64,000 nucleotides of DNA from Octopus sinensis (GCF_006345805.1 NC_043003.1:52762001-52826000); one strand, 5' to 3'. Counted from the stretch's first letter, positions 27,005 to 40,957 are shown. Notes: generated by a model not told the origin, from the sequence alone. Program-made: numbers and translations.

Positions 27005-27390
27005 CTGGAGTGGGTGTGGTAAGTACCTTGCTTACCAACCACATGGTTTCGGGTTCAGTCCCACTTGGGCAAGTGTCTTCTACTATAGCGCTCGGGCCGA
27101 CCAAAGCCTTGTGAGTGGATCTGGTAGACGGAAACTGAAAGAAGCCCGTCGTATATATGTATATATGTATATATATATATGTATGTGTGTCTGTGTTTGT
27201 CCCCCAACATCGCAGGACAACCAATGCTGGTGTGTTTACGTCCCTGTAACTTAGCGGTTCGGCAAAAGAGACCGAAAGAATAAGTACTAAGCTTACAAAG
27301 AATAAGTCCTGGGGTCGATTTGCTCGACTAAAGGCGGTGCTCCAGCATGGCCGCAGTCAAATGACTGAAACAAGTAAAAGAGTAAAAGAG
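27005..27390 (+). mobile_element. SINE family B
   Basis: Full head, microsatellite and tail. Confidence 0.85.
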
Positions 27391-28049
27391 AAGTACAGTG
27401 AATTATTTTTGCTGCAAGAAATGTATCATTTTTGGCAGAAGCCGTCGACAGAGTTTAACAGTCTGTGGGTTTATCATTCTATATAAGTTAATAACTTGAT
27501 TAATGGGTGAATTTTGATATTTCTTCTACATTCACTTTTGTTTATGTGAATAAAGGCAATGTAATCACGAAGTGTTGCTTAGAACGTTGACTCACATTTG
27601 TTATATATTTTAATTGTCAATTTACTTACGTGGACACATTAATAATGCAACACTATATGTGATTTTTTTTTTATTACAATGAAAACTGACATGGGGTAAA
27701 AGATAAAAATTACGGATATGTAATAACTTGTTAATAAAAGGCATTGACATCGAAGCAGCGGACGAAATACCTTGCAGTATATATTTCAGCTTCTTACATG
27801 CCAAGTCCAAATCCCGACGAAATCAACTTTGCTTTTCATCCTTCCAGTTTTGATAAATAAATACCAATTTAAGACCAGTGGCCAGGTAGATCATAACGGC
27901 GTTGGGCATGGGGTTTTGCGGCGCTTGTTGTGAGTTCAAATCTCACCATGTCCATTTGGTTGGCAGATTCAATCCATTGCCTTAACACCGCTAAAGGCAT
28001 CCAAATACCAATATCTAGTCAGAGATGATGCCTTTCCGCCTCTAACTAT

Positions 28050-28353
28050 TTTATGCGCCTTTTCAAGCCTAGCCAGGCTCATGGGTCCGGTTTCCCGGTT
28101 TCTATGGCGTGTGTGTTCCCTCCAGCTGGACGGGACGCCAGTCCATCGCAGCGTTACTCAACAAACAGGAAGAAAGAGTGAGAGAAAGTTGGGGCGAAAG
28201 AGTACAACAGGGGTCTCCCCCCCCCTGCCGGAGCCTCATGGAGCTTTAGGTGTTTTCGCTCAATAAACACACACAACACTCGGTCTGGGAATCGAAACTG
28301 CGATCCTCCGACCACGAGTCAGCTGCCCTAACCACTGGGCCATTGCGCCTCCA
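28050..28353 (-). mobile_element. SINE with a family D head and a family C tail
   Basis: 28170-28353 matches 51680-51865; 28050-28160 matches 30590-30692. Confidence 0.75.
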
Positions 28354-28867
28354 ATTAAACGATTAAGAAACAGCCAGAGCCAAGAAACACGGCTTTATTG
28401 ACTAGCCTACTTGACATTCTGCTGCTGTTGTTTAACCGCAGATCAATTTGAGCAAACCTGTAATCAAGGATATTAAGGTTGACGGACTAGATATCTTGTC
28501 TACTTGATGTATTTAGAGGAATAGGTCGTGGCCGTTATCTTTGCAAGCTCTCCGAGACCAGTGACTTTGATGATATTAATGTCCTGTTTAAACTGTCGCA
28601 GTTCCACACCTGCAAGGAAGTCATAAGAAAGGAAAATATTTCAGAGGAAATTGGTTAATGTAGGCCGAGAAGTGAGCTTGGCATAACATCATCAAATACT
28701 GCATTCGTTTAATTTTTTTACTACTAATTAGATCATCATCACACAGTATTACTATTATAAATTTGTATATATCTGCAATTTTTATCTAATTATCTAAACA
28801 AGCTATTTATATCAGTAGTTCATATCGCATAAGAAGAGTGTTACATACATTCGCGCGCGCACACATA

Positions 28868-29800
28868 CAAACAGTGGTCACTAAAAGTGACTAAGGGTCA
28901 AGTCAGAACTAGCATTGCTAGAAATAAGAGTTAAAATAATTTTTAGCCACGAACAGAGCACTTTCTATTCACTGACAAGGGAGATAACCTCCTCACAGTA
29001 AGCAAGGGCGTCAGATAGGCCGGCCGATTTCGGTGATGCTATTCCATTGCCGATGGGTAAGCTTAATCAACTGGTCATTTTATAGATTATAATCAGTGGC
29101 TGATTCAGTACAATAGTAAAGTGAAAATTATATAATTATTAAAGTGGCTAGACGTAATTTAAAACCAAACGACACAAATCGTCACCAAGAGTGACTAAGG
29201 GTGCTATCTCCCTTGTCAATGAATCGAAGGTGGTCTGGTGAACAGAAAGATGCTCTGTTCGTGGCTAAGAGTTATTTTGACTCTTATTTCTAGCAATACT
29301 GGTGCTGACTTGCACCCTTAGTCAGTTTTGGTAATGATTGTACTCGTGTCTTTCGGTTTTAAATTGTGCCTAGGTGTTTTCGTGGGGTTAAAAAGTAGTA
29401 ACATCGTCCTGTTTAGGACTGTCGCATTGTGTTGGTAAATAGACTTTACTGTTCGGTACTGTTACTACATATTTCTCGCTCAGAGATTTAAAACTAGTTG
29501 TTTTTCTCTTTACAAGATCAGCGACTGTGTGTCGCTTTAAAAGTATATACTATGAGCAAAGTCGAGTGACTACCATCTCTAGCTTCCGATTGTCTTGTGC
29601 TGAAGAAGAGAAATAACTCAGAAACCTTGGTGTACAGGTATCGCTAACGCTAGAAAGGGAGCAATAAACTCCCTTGCTCATAGTATACAGACACAGAACA
29701 TGTGTCAGTAGCCAGCTGGAAAAGATGCTTTCCTGGGGCTAAAAAGTAATAATTTCGTCCTATGTAGGATTGCCACATTAGGTTGGCAAATAGACTTTAT
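28868..29800. mobile_element. Foldback-like modular repeat with a degenerate hammerhead motif (probably PLE-terminal)
   Basis: 28870-28990 is an imperfect inverted copy of 29205-29340; direct repeat 29390-29450 / 29740-29800; hammerhead-like motif 29594-29638. Confidence 0.5.
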
Positions 29801-30446
29801 ATATATTACTGTTTAAATGAAAGAATATATGCGTATCGTTAACTGATACGGAAGTGGTTCTGATTTCCTTTTTAAGATAATCACAGTTATTAAAGTAGAC
29901 TTTTTGGTAACGTGGCTGATAGTTGTGATCCGGATGCGGGTACCGATGTTATGTCATTCGATATTTTACTATATACAAATCAGAGTAATTTTATACAAAT
30001 ATAAATAAATAATGTGTTGAGCTACTACTCATTATTGTGAGATTCCATGACATCGATTGATTAGTATTACATATCTTTACAGGGTGCAGCTGAAATTCAC
30101 CAGTTGACAATATCTATTATAAACTGGTTACTATCAAGAAAGCCAGAAACTTCTTTTCAGTTTACATTATTTCGTACAAGCTGCGACATGATCCAACACT
30201 TTCTGACATGTTCTAGACACAGCCTTGTAATTAAGAAGTTTGCTTCGAAACCACATGGTTGATGGCTTTAACTCGTAACTATATCTTCCAATGTGGTTAC
30301 AGTTTATGAGTGGCATTTAGGAGACAAAAACAGTAGAAATCCGCCGTATGTATGTATGTATGTATGTATGTATGTATGTATGTATGTATGTATGTATGTA
30401 TGTATGTATGTATTATGTATGTATGTATGTATGTATGTATGTATTT

Positions 30447-30692
30447 GTGGAGGCGCGTAGCTTAGTGGTTAGGGTGTCAGCACCATGATCGTAAGATTGT
30501 GGTTTCGATTCCTGGACCGGGCGACGCGTTGTGTTCTTGAGCAAAACACTTCATTTCATGTTGCTCCAGTCCACTCAGCTGGAAAAATGAGTTACGCTGC
30601 GATGGACTGGCGTCCTGTCCAGCTGGGGAACACATACGCCATAGAAACCGGGAAACCGGGCCCATGAACCTGGCTAGGCTTTAAAAGGGCGC
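30447..30692 (+). mobile_element. SINE family C between (TATG)n tracts
   Basis: A/B-box-like head GGAGGCGCGTAGCTTAGTGG...GGTTTCGATTCC. Confidence 0.82.
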
Positions 30693-30783
30693 ATTTATTA
30701 TTTTTTTTATGTATGTATGTGTGTATGTATGTATGTATGTATGTATGTATGTATGTATATGTATGTATGTATATGTATGTATG

Positions 30784-30815
<32 letters not shown>

Positions 30816-30829
30816 TGTATGCATGTATG

Positions 30830-30860
<31 letters not shown>

Positions 30861-31666
30861 TGCGTGCATGTCTGTGTTTATATGCATTGTTGGTTACATT
30901 GTGTTCCTGTATGTCCCCTAACTTAGGAGTTTGAAAAATAGAGAACGATAAAATTAGTATCGGATTGAAATAAGTAACGAGATCGAGATAAAGAATTGCA
31001 ATATTTTGAACCATCATTGATGTTTCAGTAACTTTACTTTTTTCCTAGGTAAGCCCATTTTTACCCCTGGAAAGAGGTAATTCATATTAGTCTATCCTTT
31101 GATCTGTCCAGCATGGGAAGCTCTTGCAGGAGCTTGTGCTCCGCAGGCATGGTTCTCAGGGTCACTGAGGCACATATGCCATCACCCTACAACAAGGACT
31201 AGACTTGGTGGTGAAAAGCGTAACTATATAATACATTGGTTCAACATCTAAAAAAAAAACCGTTTCCATGACAAACAATACAATAGATTTTTTTAAAAAC
31301 CGTTGGTCGTTCAATGTAGAGTGATTTAAAAGAACCTACAGATATACTGGAAGCATTTGTTTCTCCCATGAAGTATGCTTTACTTCAATTTGTCTACTAA
31401 CATTCTGTAATTCATTAACACACTCTTAAATCAAATCGTTTTAAAGAACTCATTGTAAAATTTATCTGTTAAAAGGGGATTTCGCCAAACTGGTCTCCGT
31501 GTTACCATGAGATTGTAATAGAAAAATTACCGATAGGTTTGTTAGGTCACTGCGGCTTTAGCCAAATGAGAAATATGAGTTAGCATTTAATAAGTGGTTA
31601 CTTGGCACTGGAGACAGTACAATGATAAATTTCGCCATCATAATTCGAGGAGAATATTGCATAATA

Positions 31667-32953
31667 TTGGGTTGTCCGGAAAGCTCGTGCCGATTTTTAA
31701 AGGAAAGAAAAAGGTCAATAAATACTTGCCATTACATTTTTAATCAACCAAATATGAACCATTTTGCTGCGCAGTACGTCTCCATCTTTCCTTTAACTTG
31801 AAAATACCCTCTTCCTAGAATCGAGGTGGTTTCATGGCATAGAATTCATCAAGGTATCTTTTTACGTCATCCAAGGAATTGAAATTTTTACCATTAAGAC
31901 TATTCTGCAGAGACCTGAATAAGTGGAAATCCGAAGGAACAATATCTGGTGAATATGGAGGGTGGGGTAACACATCCCAGCCGAGCTGCAGCAATTTTTG
32001 TCTGGTTCCCAAAGAAACATGCGGTCTTGCATTATCATGTTGGAAAACAACACCCTTCCTGTTGGCCAATTCTGGACGTTTCTCATTGCTGCTTTTAACT
32101 CGTCCAGTTGTGTGCAGTATTTCTCAGAATTAATTGTCTGGTTACTTGGGAGAAACTCATAGTACAGAATTCCTTTCCAATCCCACCAGACACAAAGCAA
32201 GACTATTTTAGGGTGAAGACCCGCTTTTGGGATGGCTAAGGGTGGCTCACGTCGCTTACTTCAGGATCGCTTTCTCTGAACATTTCAGGAAAGATAATCC
32301 ATTTCTCATCACCTGTCACAATTTGCTTTAAAAAAAGGAGCGTTTTTATTCCGTTTATAAAGTGAATCACAGAAGGAAATGCGATCCAAAAGGTTCTTCT
32401 CACTCAACTCATGTGGTACTCAAACATTGTAGCTATTTGTGTACCTACCTAAGCTTTACCAGGTGCTCATGAACGACGGATTTTAATAGGTTGAGGCTTT
32501 CTGCCAATTCTCGGCTTGTGCAATGTGGGTTATTCTCAATTAATGACTTGATTTGGTCATCAGCTGTAGTGGATGGTCTGCCTGATGGCTCTTTATCAAT
32601 AAGGCTACAATATCCAGCTCGGCACCTTGCGAACCACTTTCATACAGTTCTTTCGAATAAAGAAACATCACCGTAAACTGCGCATATTTCTTTGGTTGCT
32701 TTTGAGGCATTTTTCACTTTACGGAAAAAGTAAAACATCAAGTGCCGAAAATGAACTTTCTTATCTTCCATTTTAAAGGGTTACAGAATCAACACAGGTT
32801 ATAGAAACATAAACCTTCTTCCACGAAAAGATAGCTTAAACAGTGCTCTAAATGGAGGTGTAGTCAAATCCTATTTTATGGACTCAACCATGTTCTAAAA
32901 TAAGTCGAAAGGTAAGCTACTATAAATCGGCACGAACTTTCCGGACAACCCAA
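31667..32953 (-). mobile_element. Mariner (D,D34D) transposon, full length 1287 bp, pseudogenised
   Basis: 30-bp TIRs TTGGGTTGTCCGGAAAGYTCGTGCCGATTT, TA TSD on both sides; FQHDNARPH and HPPYSPDIVPSDFHLFRSL motifs; stops and frameshifts. Confidence 0.95.
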
Positions 32954-33513
32954 TAGATCATAAGTTTTGATAGAATATTTTCGTGATCACTAACAACATA
33001 GATAAATACTAGCAGAAGATATATTCATCCCAAGATTGAATTTATTTAAAGTTCAGTAACACTAATACTCCTTTTACATGGAACAGACGTCGGGTTACTA
33101 TGACTTTAATATTCGCAATGGCTGTTTAGAAAACATAACTAGACATGTGTATATGTCTTCTCTTTTTTTTTCCTTATTGTTTTTTGTTGCCTTTTCTCAC
33201 AAATAGTTCATTGTGGATCCGAGTAGAACAAGAAATAAAAAAATAATTTTAAAATGTACGTAAAACAAAATTTAATGATAAAATAAATATTAAATTAAAC
33301 CCGCTATCAAAGCATTTATTTATTTTTTTACATAATTATTTACATAAATACGGTTCAAAGCAAACATTGAACCGGATTGTTCACAACAAAATCTAATCTG
33401 TATTTAAAGAAGAACGTTGTGCTCTATATTTGAACAACATTTATTATTATCATTTTCAATACGTCTAAGATAGGACTTATTCGCCATCATTGTTTAGCCA
33501 AAATCTGTACGCA

Positions 33514-33564
<51 letters not shown>

Positions 33565-33880
33565 TCTTTTATTCTTTTATTTGTTTCAGTCATTTGACTG
33601 CGGCCATGCTGGACCACCGCCTTCAGTCGAACAAATCTTATTCTTTGTAAGCGCCTTTTGCTGAGCCGCTAACGATGGTTGGAGGGGGACAATCACAGAC
33701 ACACAAACACACACATATATACGATGGTCTTCTTTCAGTTTCCGTCTACCAAATCCACTCACAAGGCTTTGGTCGGCCCGAGGCTATAGTAGAAGACACT
33801 TGCCCAAGGTGCCATGCAGTGGGACAGAACCCGGAACCATGTGGTTGGTAAGCAGGCTACCTACCACACAGCCACATCTG
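33565..33880 (-). mobile_element. SINE family B
   Basis: Reverse match with an internally shortened tail. Confidence 0.83.
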
Positions 33881-34189
33881 CGTCTATATATATATCAGAA
33901 GCAACAGAGTGGCCTAAGGGCTGAAAGTTTTATGCGTTGGCACTTTATCAAACTAGTTACCAGTTGAAGGTCTGCTTGTTTATATAGCTGTTGATTTATA
34001 AATAAATATATTTCCCTGTGGAATGTTCTATAACGAATGAATGTGTACGTGTATATATATATTTGTATGGATGGGGGTGTGTACGTGAGTTTGTGTACTA
34101 TGTATACACTGCATCTGTGTATATATAGATATGTGTGTGTGTGTATGTATATGTATATATGCATAATTATATGTATATATGTGTATACA

Positions 34190-34224
<35 letters not shown>

Positions 34225-34613
34225 ATGTATGTATGTATGTATGTATGTATGTATGTATGTATGTATGTATGTATGTATGTATGTATGTATGTATGCATAC
34301 GTGTGTGTATGTATACCTGTGTGACCATGTATACGTGTATCCTTGTATACATGCATGCAAACCCATACACCTAATTCATGTGCACATTCTCTCATATGTG
34401 CGAATTTTGTGGTGTTTGTTTTGCTTTGATATGTGTATCTAAGTATGTTTGTGTGTATATGTGAGTATGTGTATGCGTGTGTGATGTCACATACAATATT
34501 CTTTTGTTTTTCCTTGTTTTCTTCTTATTTATCTAAGTATTTGCTTATTGAACGACAACGGACGAACTTTTGAAATTTTTGAATTATCCACGTGATATTA
34601 TAATTTGTTCTTA

Positions 34614-35205
34614 GGCGGCGAGCTGGCAGAATCGTTAGCACGCCGGGCGAAACGCTTAGCGGTATTGCGTCTGCGTTACGTTGTGAGTTCAAATTCCGCC
34701 GAGGTCGACTTTGCCTTTCATCCGTTCGGGGTCGATAAATTAAGTACCAGTTACGAACTGGGGTCGATGTAATCGACTTAATACCTATGTCTGTCCTTGT
34801 TTGTTCCCTCTGTGTTTAGCCCCTTGTGGGTAATAAAGAAATAGGTATTGCGTCTGTCGTTGCGTTCTAAGTTCAAATTCTGCCGAGGTCGACTTTGCCT
34901 TTCATCCTTTCGGGGTCGATAAATTAAGTACAAGTTACGCACTGGAGTCGATGTAATCGATTTAATCCGTTTGTCTGTCCTTGTTTGTCCCCTCTATGTT
35001 TAGCCCCTTGTGGGCAATAAAGAAACAGATATTTCATCTGTCTTCGTGTTCTGAGTTCAAATGACGCCGGGGTCGACTTTGCCTTTCATCCTTTCGGGGT
35101 CGATAAATTAAGTACCACTTATGCACTGTGGTCAATGTCATCGACTCATCCCCTTTCCCTAAATTTCAGGCCTTGTGCCTATAGTAGAAAGGATTATTAT
35201 AATTC
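34614..35205 (+). mobile_element. SINE family A, head plus three tandem bodies
   Basis: Bodies start at 34661, 34844 and 35028. Confidence 0.88.
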
Positions 35206-35383
35206 GCTCCAGAACATTCCATTAAAGAAATATATTTATTTATCAACAGCTATGTAAACACGCAGACCTTCAACCTGTAACTAGTACCTTGAGTCACTCT
35301 GTTGCTTCTGCTAAATATTAATAAAAATATACCTATACTCATATTTTGAGTTTTATTTGCCTGTTTGCACAACATACCCATAT

Positions 35384-35434
<51 letters not shown>

Positions 35435-37929
35435 CAGTTGTCTATAAATCAGAAAACAGAGAATTTGAGCGGTTATACTTTTATATTGTCAAGAAGAATA
35501 TTTTTGGTTATACCATATAACCGATCAGAAAGTTACGACTAGTTTCGTCTCTAGTATTACACATGGCAAAACCGACGCTTTAGACATGCTGGCCAGAAGC
35601 GCATTGCCTCCTTAATGCACGAGGTAAATATACGGTCTTGATTAGCTTGATGGTGAAATAAAAACGGAACGGGCCAAAAAAAACAACCCCTTTCTGGGAG
35701 GGGTAAGGGTGCTTTGTCCCGTTGTACGATTCCAGTATGGCAGAAGGTCAGCTGTTCTTGCGTACATATTTTCTGTTTCCTAGTCTGAAAACCGAGAAGA
35801 CTATGTTTCCAAAAGGAATATTCTATCATCAGGACAGCGGTTAACAATTTCACTCCTTGAGTTGATGAAGGCATCCAGATAGTGTGAATTTTTTTAGAAT
35901 TGTTCTCCTCTTGACTAATTAAAGCTTGTTCCGTCTGCTTCCGTTCAGATTTATCCCAGTTTGTTCCAACAGTTTCCTGGTGATTTTGTATAGTATTCCT
36001 TCCTCTTAATTATCATATACAGCTGGTTAATGTAACGTTGAATCATAAAAGAGGACCTGTAATAATTTAACCTGGCCTTAAAGGAGCCCTCCGTTATCCC
36101 AATATATTTCTATGTGTGCGTTCCTGTGTTGCTGCTGTTGTTATTGTAGCTGAACAAAACTGCCTTTACTTCGTTAATCACAGCCTCTACGTTTCATCGA
36201 CCACTCACTGGGTACTCACTGCTAGCCCTACATGAGCATCTTGCCTCTATGCTGGGATTTGGGGTGTACACTAATATCTTTTTGACACTAGGCGAACAAC
36301 TGAACGAGACCCTTAAGTTATGTCTATTGAATAATCCGCTATACCTATGGACTGAGACAACTCTTCTCTTTTAAGAAAGGGCTTTTCTTCGTTTCGCCCC
36401 CCCCCTTTTTTTTCCATCACCAAACTAAGATTGAATATTTACGTCCAGCATTAAAGAGTTATGTGCTTCCGGCTAGCATGGTTCGAAGATATGCGTGTGT
36501 GTTTGCATTTGCCCACCCTTATTGCTTTGTTTACGTCCCCGTAACTTAACGGTTTGGCAAAGAGTTTCATAGAATAAATATCAGACTTTTAAAAGATAAG
36601 TACTGAAGGTGATTTGTTCGAGGTGGTGCTCCAGCATGATTGCAGTTCAGTGACTGAAACAAGCAGTAAAATATAATATAGTAATGATCACGATGAGTAT
36701 AACTAGAATATTTATAACTCAAGGACAGAGAAGGGGAAGAAAAAGGGAGAGAGAGAGAGAGCGAGAGAGAGAGAGCGTCCAAGTAACAGAAACTTAAGAT
36801 AACAATAACACTTCTTAAACAGTTTAGATAATATATAATATATAATCTAAGCTGTTTAAGATGTGTTATCTTTAAGAAGTGCTACCTTATACTTATTGAA
36901 GTTTAACACACCCATTCTTATTAATCAGTTGCATACCAGATGGATGTCTTGGTTAAAAATTGAAATGTGTTGATATGCATCACTAAGTTATTCTGTTATA
37001 AATCAACTACTGTATGTAACACGAATTTTTAATATAATAGGCTTCACAGAGGTTGGTTATTAACTATGGATGTTCGTAAGTCGGACATTCGTAAGCTGGG
37101 GACTGTGTGTAATGTATTTTAATGTGTAGTGCTAGTTAAAAACGAGATACGACAAAACCAGGGAAATAGAAACGGGAAGAATTTGAGATAAATAGCAATA
37201 CAAACTAACACTAGACATTTTACACTTTCTATTTTGATGTTATATTGTTTTCAGTTTTTATCAGCTAGCCTTTCTGGCTTATATAATCAGCACCAATAAT
37301 ATACTGTGATTGATTCAATAAATTATACCGCTTTCTTCCGAAAATCAATGTCGTTCTTGTGTATGCTTCAATGTCTAAATATCTGATTTATACAGTTGCT
37401 AATAAGTTTATAATTTTTCGGATTATTAACCCCACTTTTAGATATGAAATCATTGTTAAAATTATTTATTTACATCAACTCAACGTTTTGATCGGTTTAA
37501 TTTCCTATCTTCATCAAGCATTTCTATTCCTGTAGTGCCAGATTGTATTCGAACTTTGAAATCTTTATTTATAAATCAAAGGTGACAAAACTCTTTTTCA
37601 CTTGGCCAGAGAAGCATGATTATTGCCCCCAAAATAAAGTAAATAGTCCGAAAGATTATAACCATACCAATTACTGCTTGTTTGAAATGCTTTTGATGTC
37701 CCATTAAATGCTATTTTTTTACAGTGTACCGCTCACTATTTATCCCCCCCCCCTTCTCTCTCCTCGTTCCCCTGACATGCGATTCAAAAGCAGTTAACTG
37801 CAATTGATATTGTCAATATCTGTATTTTGTTGAAGCACTGGCAGCTCGTTTAGTTACTGTATACCTAGTAGAGATGTACACTATAAGTTTAACTCTGCAA
37901 TTTATATCTTCTATATAACAATATGTATT

Positions 37930-38041
37930 TGATTTGCAAGATTCTTTTATATGAACTCATGTGTTGAAACAAATATTGTTATAACTGGGGAAGTCATTTT
38001 GTCAATAAACACACGCACTGTTTATGTGATTTTCACTTTAC

Positions 38042-38088
<47 letters not shown>

Positions 38089-38170
38089 TATTATTATTAT
38101 TTTATTATTATTATTAATATTATTATTATTGTTACTACTACTACTACTACTACTAATACTACTACTACTA

Positions 38171-38208
<38 letters not shown>

Positions 38209-39850
38209 TCATTAATATTGTTTATTTGTCAGAGCTCTTTCTTCACACATTCTGTGACCTCTTCAGTCACAATTTCTTCTTCTACGTGTCTTCTTTTCTC
38301 TCTGATCTTGTCCTGTCTATTCCATCTTGTCGTACTTACGTACTCATCCCTATTTGCGCATGCGTTTGCGTCTGCCCGTGTTTATGTGTTTGACATGTAC
38401 ATGTCTGTCTTGTATGCGCAAATATGAGTTTGTATATCACTATTTGCATCCGTGTCTCCTTTTTCCTTTTCTTTTTTTAAGCATCCGAACCACAGACTAT
38501 CTGTCTTTTTTTTGGGGTGGGGGACACTGAAACCTTGCTGGAAACTAGGAATAACAAAGTTCAAATTCTCCAATCGCACTACGCCAAACCCATGGCCTCT
38601 AAATAACTGAACCACCGGAACGAACAATTGCCGATAATACCAGTTCAGTATCCTGCTAGCGGATTTGATACGGGAAATGACAAACGTGTCCCACATGTGT
38701 GACCCAACAGAATTAGAGAAACACATACAGCACTTCATCCACCGCATGCAGTCCTAAGGGTACAGTCAAAGAGACAGGATCAAGGTGTACAAAGGAGCCA
38801 TGATAAAATTCAAGACTATCATAGAGAATGACGCAAATGGGCTCTGCCGGCTACACAGGAGTAAATCATGGGATAGTATAGAAAGGACTAAAAGGAATAT
38901 AGTTAAGACCAGCCCATGGTATAACAACCGAAACTACCAGAGTGCGATGTTAGAGGCAAACTAGTGTATTATTTTATAAAAGCCTTAGGTAAACTGAATC
39001 TACGGATTAAAGTAGTTGAATGGACAGGAACTTCTTTAAATTCCTGATCTGTTAAACATACTCAATTTAAAGGACCCCCTGTAGCTGATAAGAACTGCAT
39101 AGTGCGTGTGGTAAGCCAGCAGATATACTACAGAAATAGGACAACTACATATATTGGAAAGACAGCGCGTAGCGTAGGAGGGAGGATAAATAAACACTGG
39201 CAGGAAGTAAAGAAGGAGAAAAGCTCGTCAGTGCTATGTCAACATGTTAAGCTAAAACATGGCGTCTCGAAAGATGACGTACAAGTTAAAATCCTATCCA
39301 CACATAGAAAAGACACAACACTCACATAGATTACGGGGGCCACAGACGTAATAGAAAGTAGACCGAGCTTCAACAGAAAACGCGAACGGAATAACAACAC
39401 CCCAACCCACCTGACAACTTAAAACAGAATAATTCAAAAGAAAAAAGGAGGTACGGATACAAACAATGTGATATACAAGCCCATACACGAGCAAACAAAG
39501 ACACATACATAAGCACAGACGCAAAAGCATGCACAGATAGAGATACATATCGCATAAAGATAAGACGGAATAGACAGGACCATACCAGAGAGAAGAGGAG
39601 ACATGGGGAAGAAGAGATGGCCATTGAAGAGTTCACAGAATGTGTGACGAAAGAACCCTGACAAATAAGCCATAACTAATAATGATAATAAAGCTAAAGT
39701 GAAGATCAAATAAATAGCACCATATAACCCGTCCCCGAATATAACAATATATATATAAATGGAGTTTAACACAGGTATAATTCAAATACTTTTACTTCCG
39801 ACACATGTTTCGAAGATTTCACTGATATTTTTCAAAAGAATAAATGGTAT
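37930..39850 (+). mobile_element. Penelope-like element (RT C-terminus, GIY-YIG, 3' region) with an inverted terminal copy at the 5' side
   Basis: HYAKPMAS...LLADLIR...FIHRMQ.GYS; YIGKTARSVGGRINKH (ORF 39102..39329); 37930-38520 is a diverged reverse complement of 39400-39780. Confidence 0.85.
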
Positions 39851-39942
39851 AATGTTAATTGTTAACAAAGGAAAAATACACTCATATATATATATATTCA
39901 TACATCTATCTTTGTCTTTTGTTTTTCTATAAATTTCAACTG

Positions 39943-39981
<39 letters not shown>

Positions 39982-40302
39982 TTTATTATTTTTCAAACGA
40001 TATATATAAAAAACGCGTTTTTTTTAATTCAATCAATACTTTTCAGTATAGTTTGCTGCAAGTGATTTACTGCAGAGCTTAACATTTACCATTTACTGTT
40101 ATCTCCAGTACTTATATAACTGGAAAATACGTTTATTTTTTTATATAATATTCAAAACATACTTAAGTGTCTACAGAATTCAAGAGGAATCTACAATAAG
40201 AATGATTAATTCAACGGTAAAAAATACAATTTCTATGAACATTCTTAATTCTTGTATGTATTTTCCTATTCGTTAAAAAGATATTATTTTCATATTTGCT
40301 AG

Positions 40303-40378
40303 TGGTTACCTCTCTTCGGCTTCGGGCTTCCAGAGTTTGCAATTTCGATTGTTAGAAAACAAATTTGGAGTAAAAGAG
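40303..40378 (+). CDS. TDO2: TDO exon: (R)GYLSSASGFQSLQFRLLENKFGVKE, phase 2-0
   Basis: Acceptor catatttgctag, donor GAG|gtaagt; SGFQSLQFRLLENK motif; phase matches the previous exon. Confidence 0.96.
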
Positions 40379-40786
40379 GTAAGTATAATCACTAAAACAT
40401 AAGAAATTAAATTTTTTTTTTAACATCTTATTCTGGGTACATACATTCATAATTTTACCCCTTTGCCTGTTCTGTATTTGACGTGATACTCAGGGTATAT
40501 TTTCTTGGCATCTATATATCATATATAATGCGCGTTCCCAATTTTTTCAACCACTAGAATAACCTAGGACTTACGAAAGCAAAGCTTCATATTACTTAAA
40601 ATGTGTGAAACAAGGGATAACTAAAAGTCCGAAAACAAGCAAGGACATTTAGGACAAAGAGTTAATTTAATAATTTTTTATTGATTTATAAGATGTTAGC
40701 AAAATGTAAATTCAAAATAAATGAAGAATCAGTCATTGATTCCAGAATGAATTGCAACACTCTCAGTATTCAATATAACTGCTATT

Positions 40787-40957
40787 CAGCGGCATAGCTA
40801 GAGTGTGTTCTGCCCGGAGTAGCCCTTGGGTCTGCTGCTCCCCGCCCCAGCCTCCACCAAGCCTATACAAGCTAATACAAACTCAAAAGTACCTGCCCCA
40901 TAAAACTGTTGCTCGGGGCACATCGTCACACTCGCTCCATCTCTAGCTATGCTACTG
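40787..40957. mobile_element. hAT-like MITE (171 bp)
   Basis: TIRs CAGCGGCATAGCTAGAG / CTCTAGCTATGCTACTG; degenerate 8-bp TSD CTGCTATT / CAGCTACT. Confidence 0.72.

Noticed and set aside
35560-35960. 105-aa minus-strand ORF 35557..35874
   Set aside because: No clear motif; possibly a degenerate transposon fragment, but I cannot assign it.
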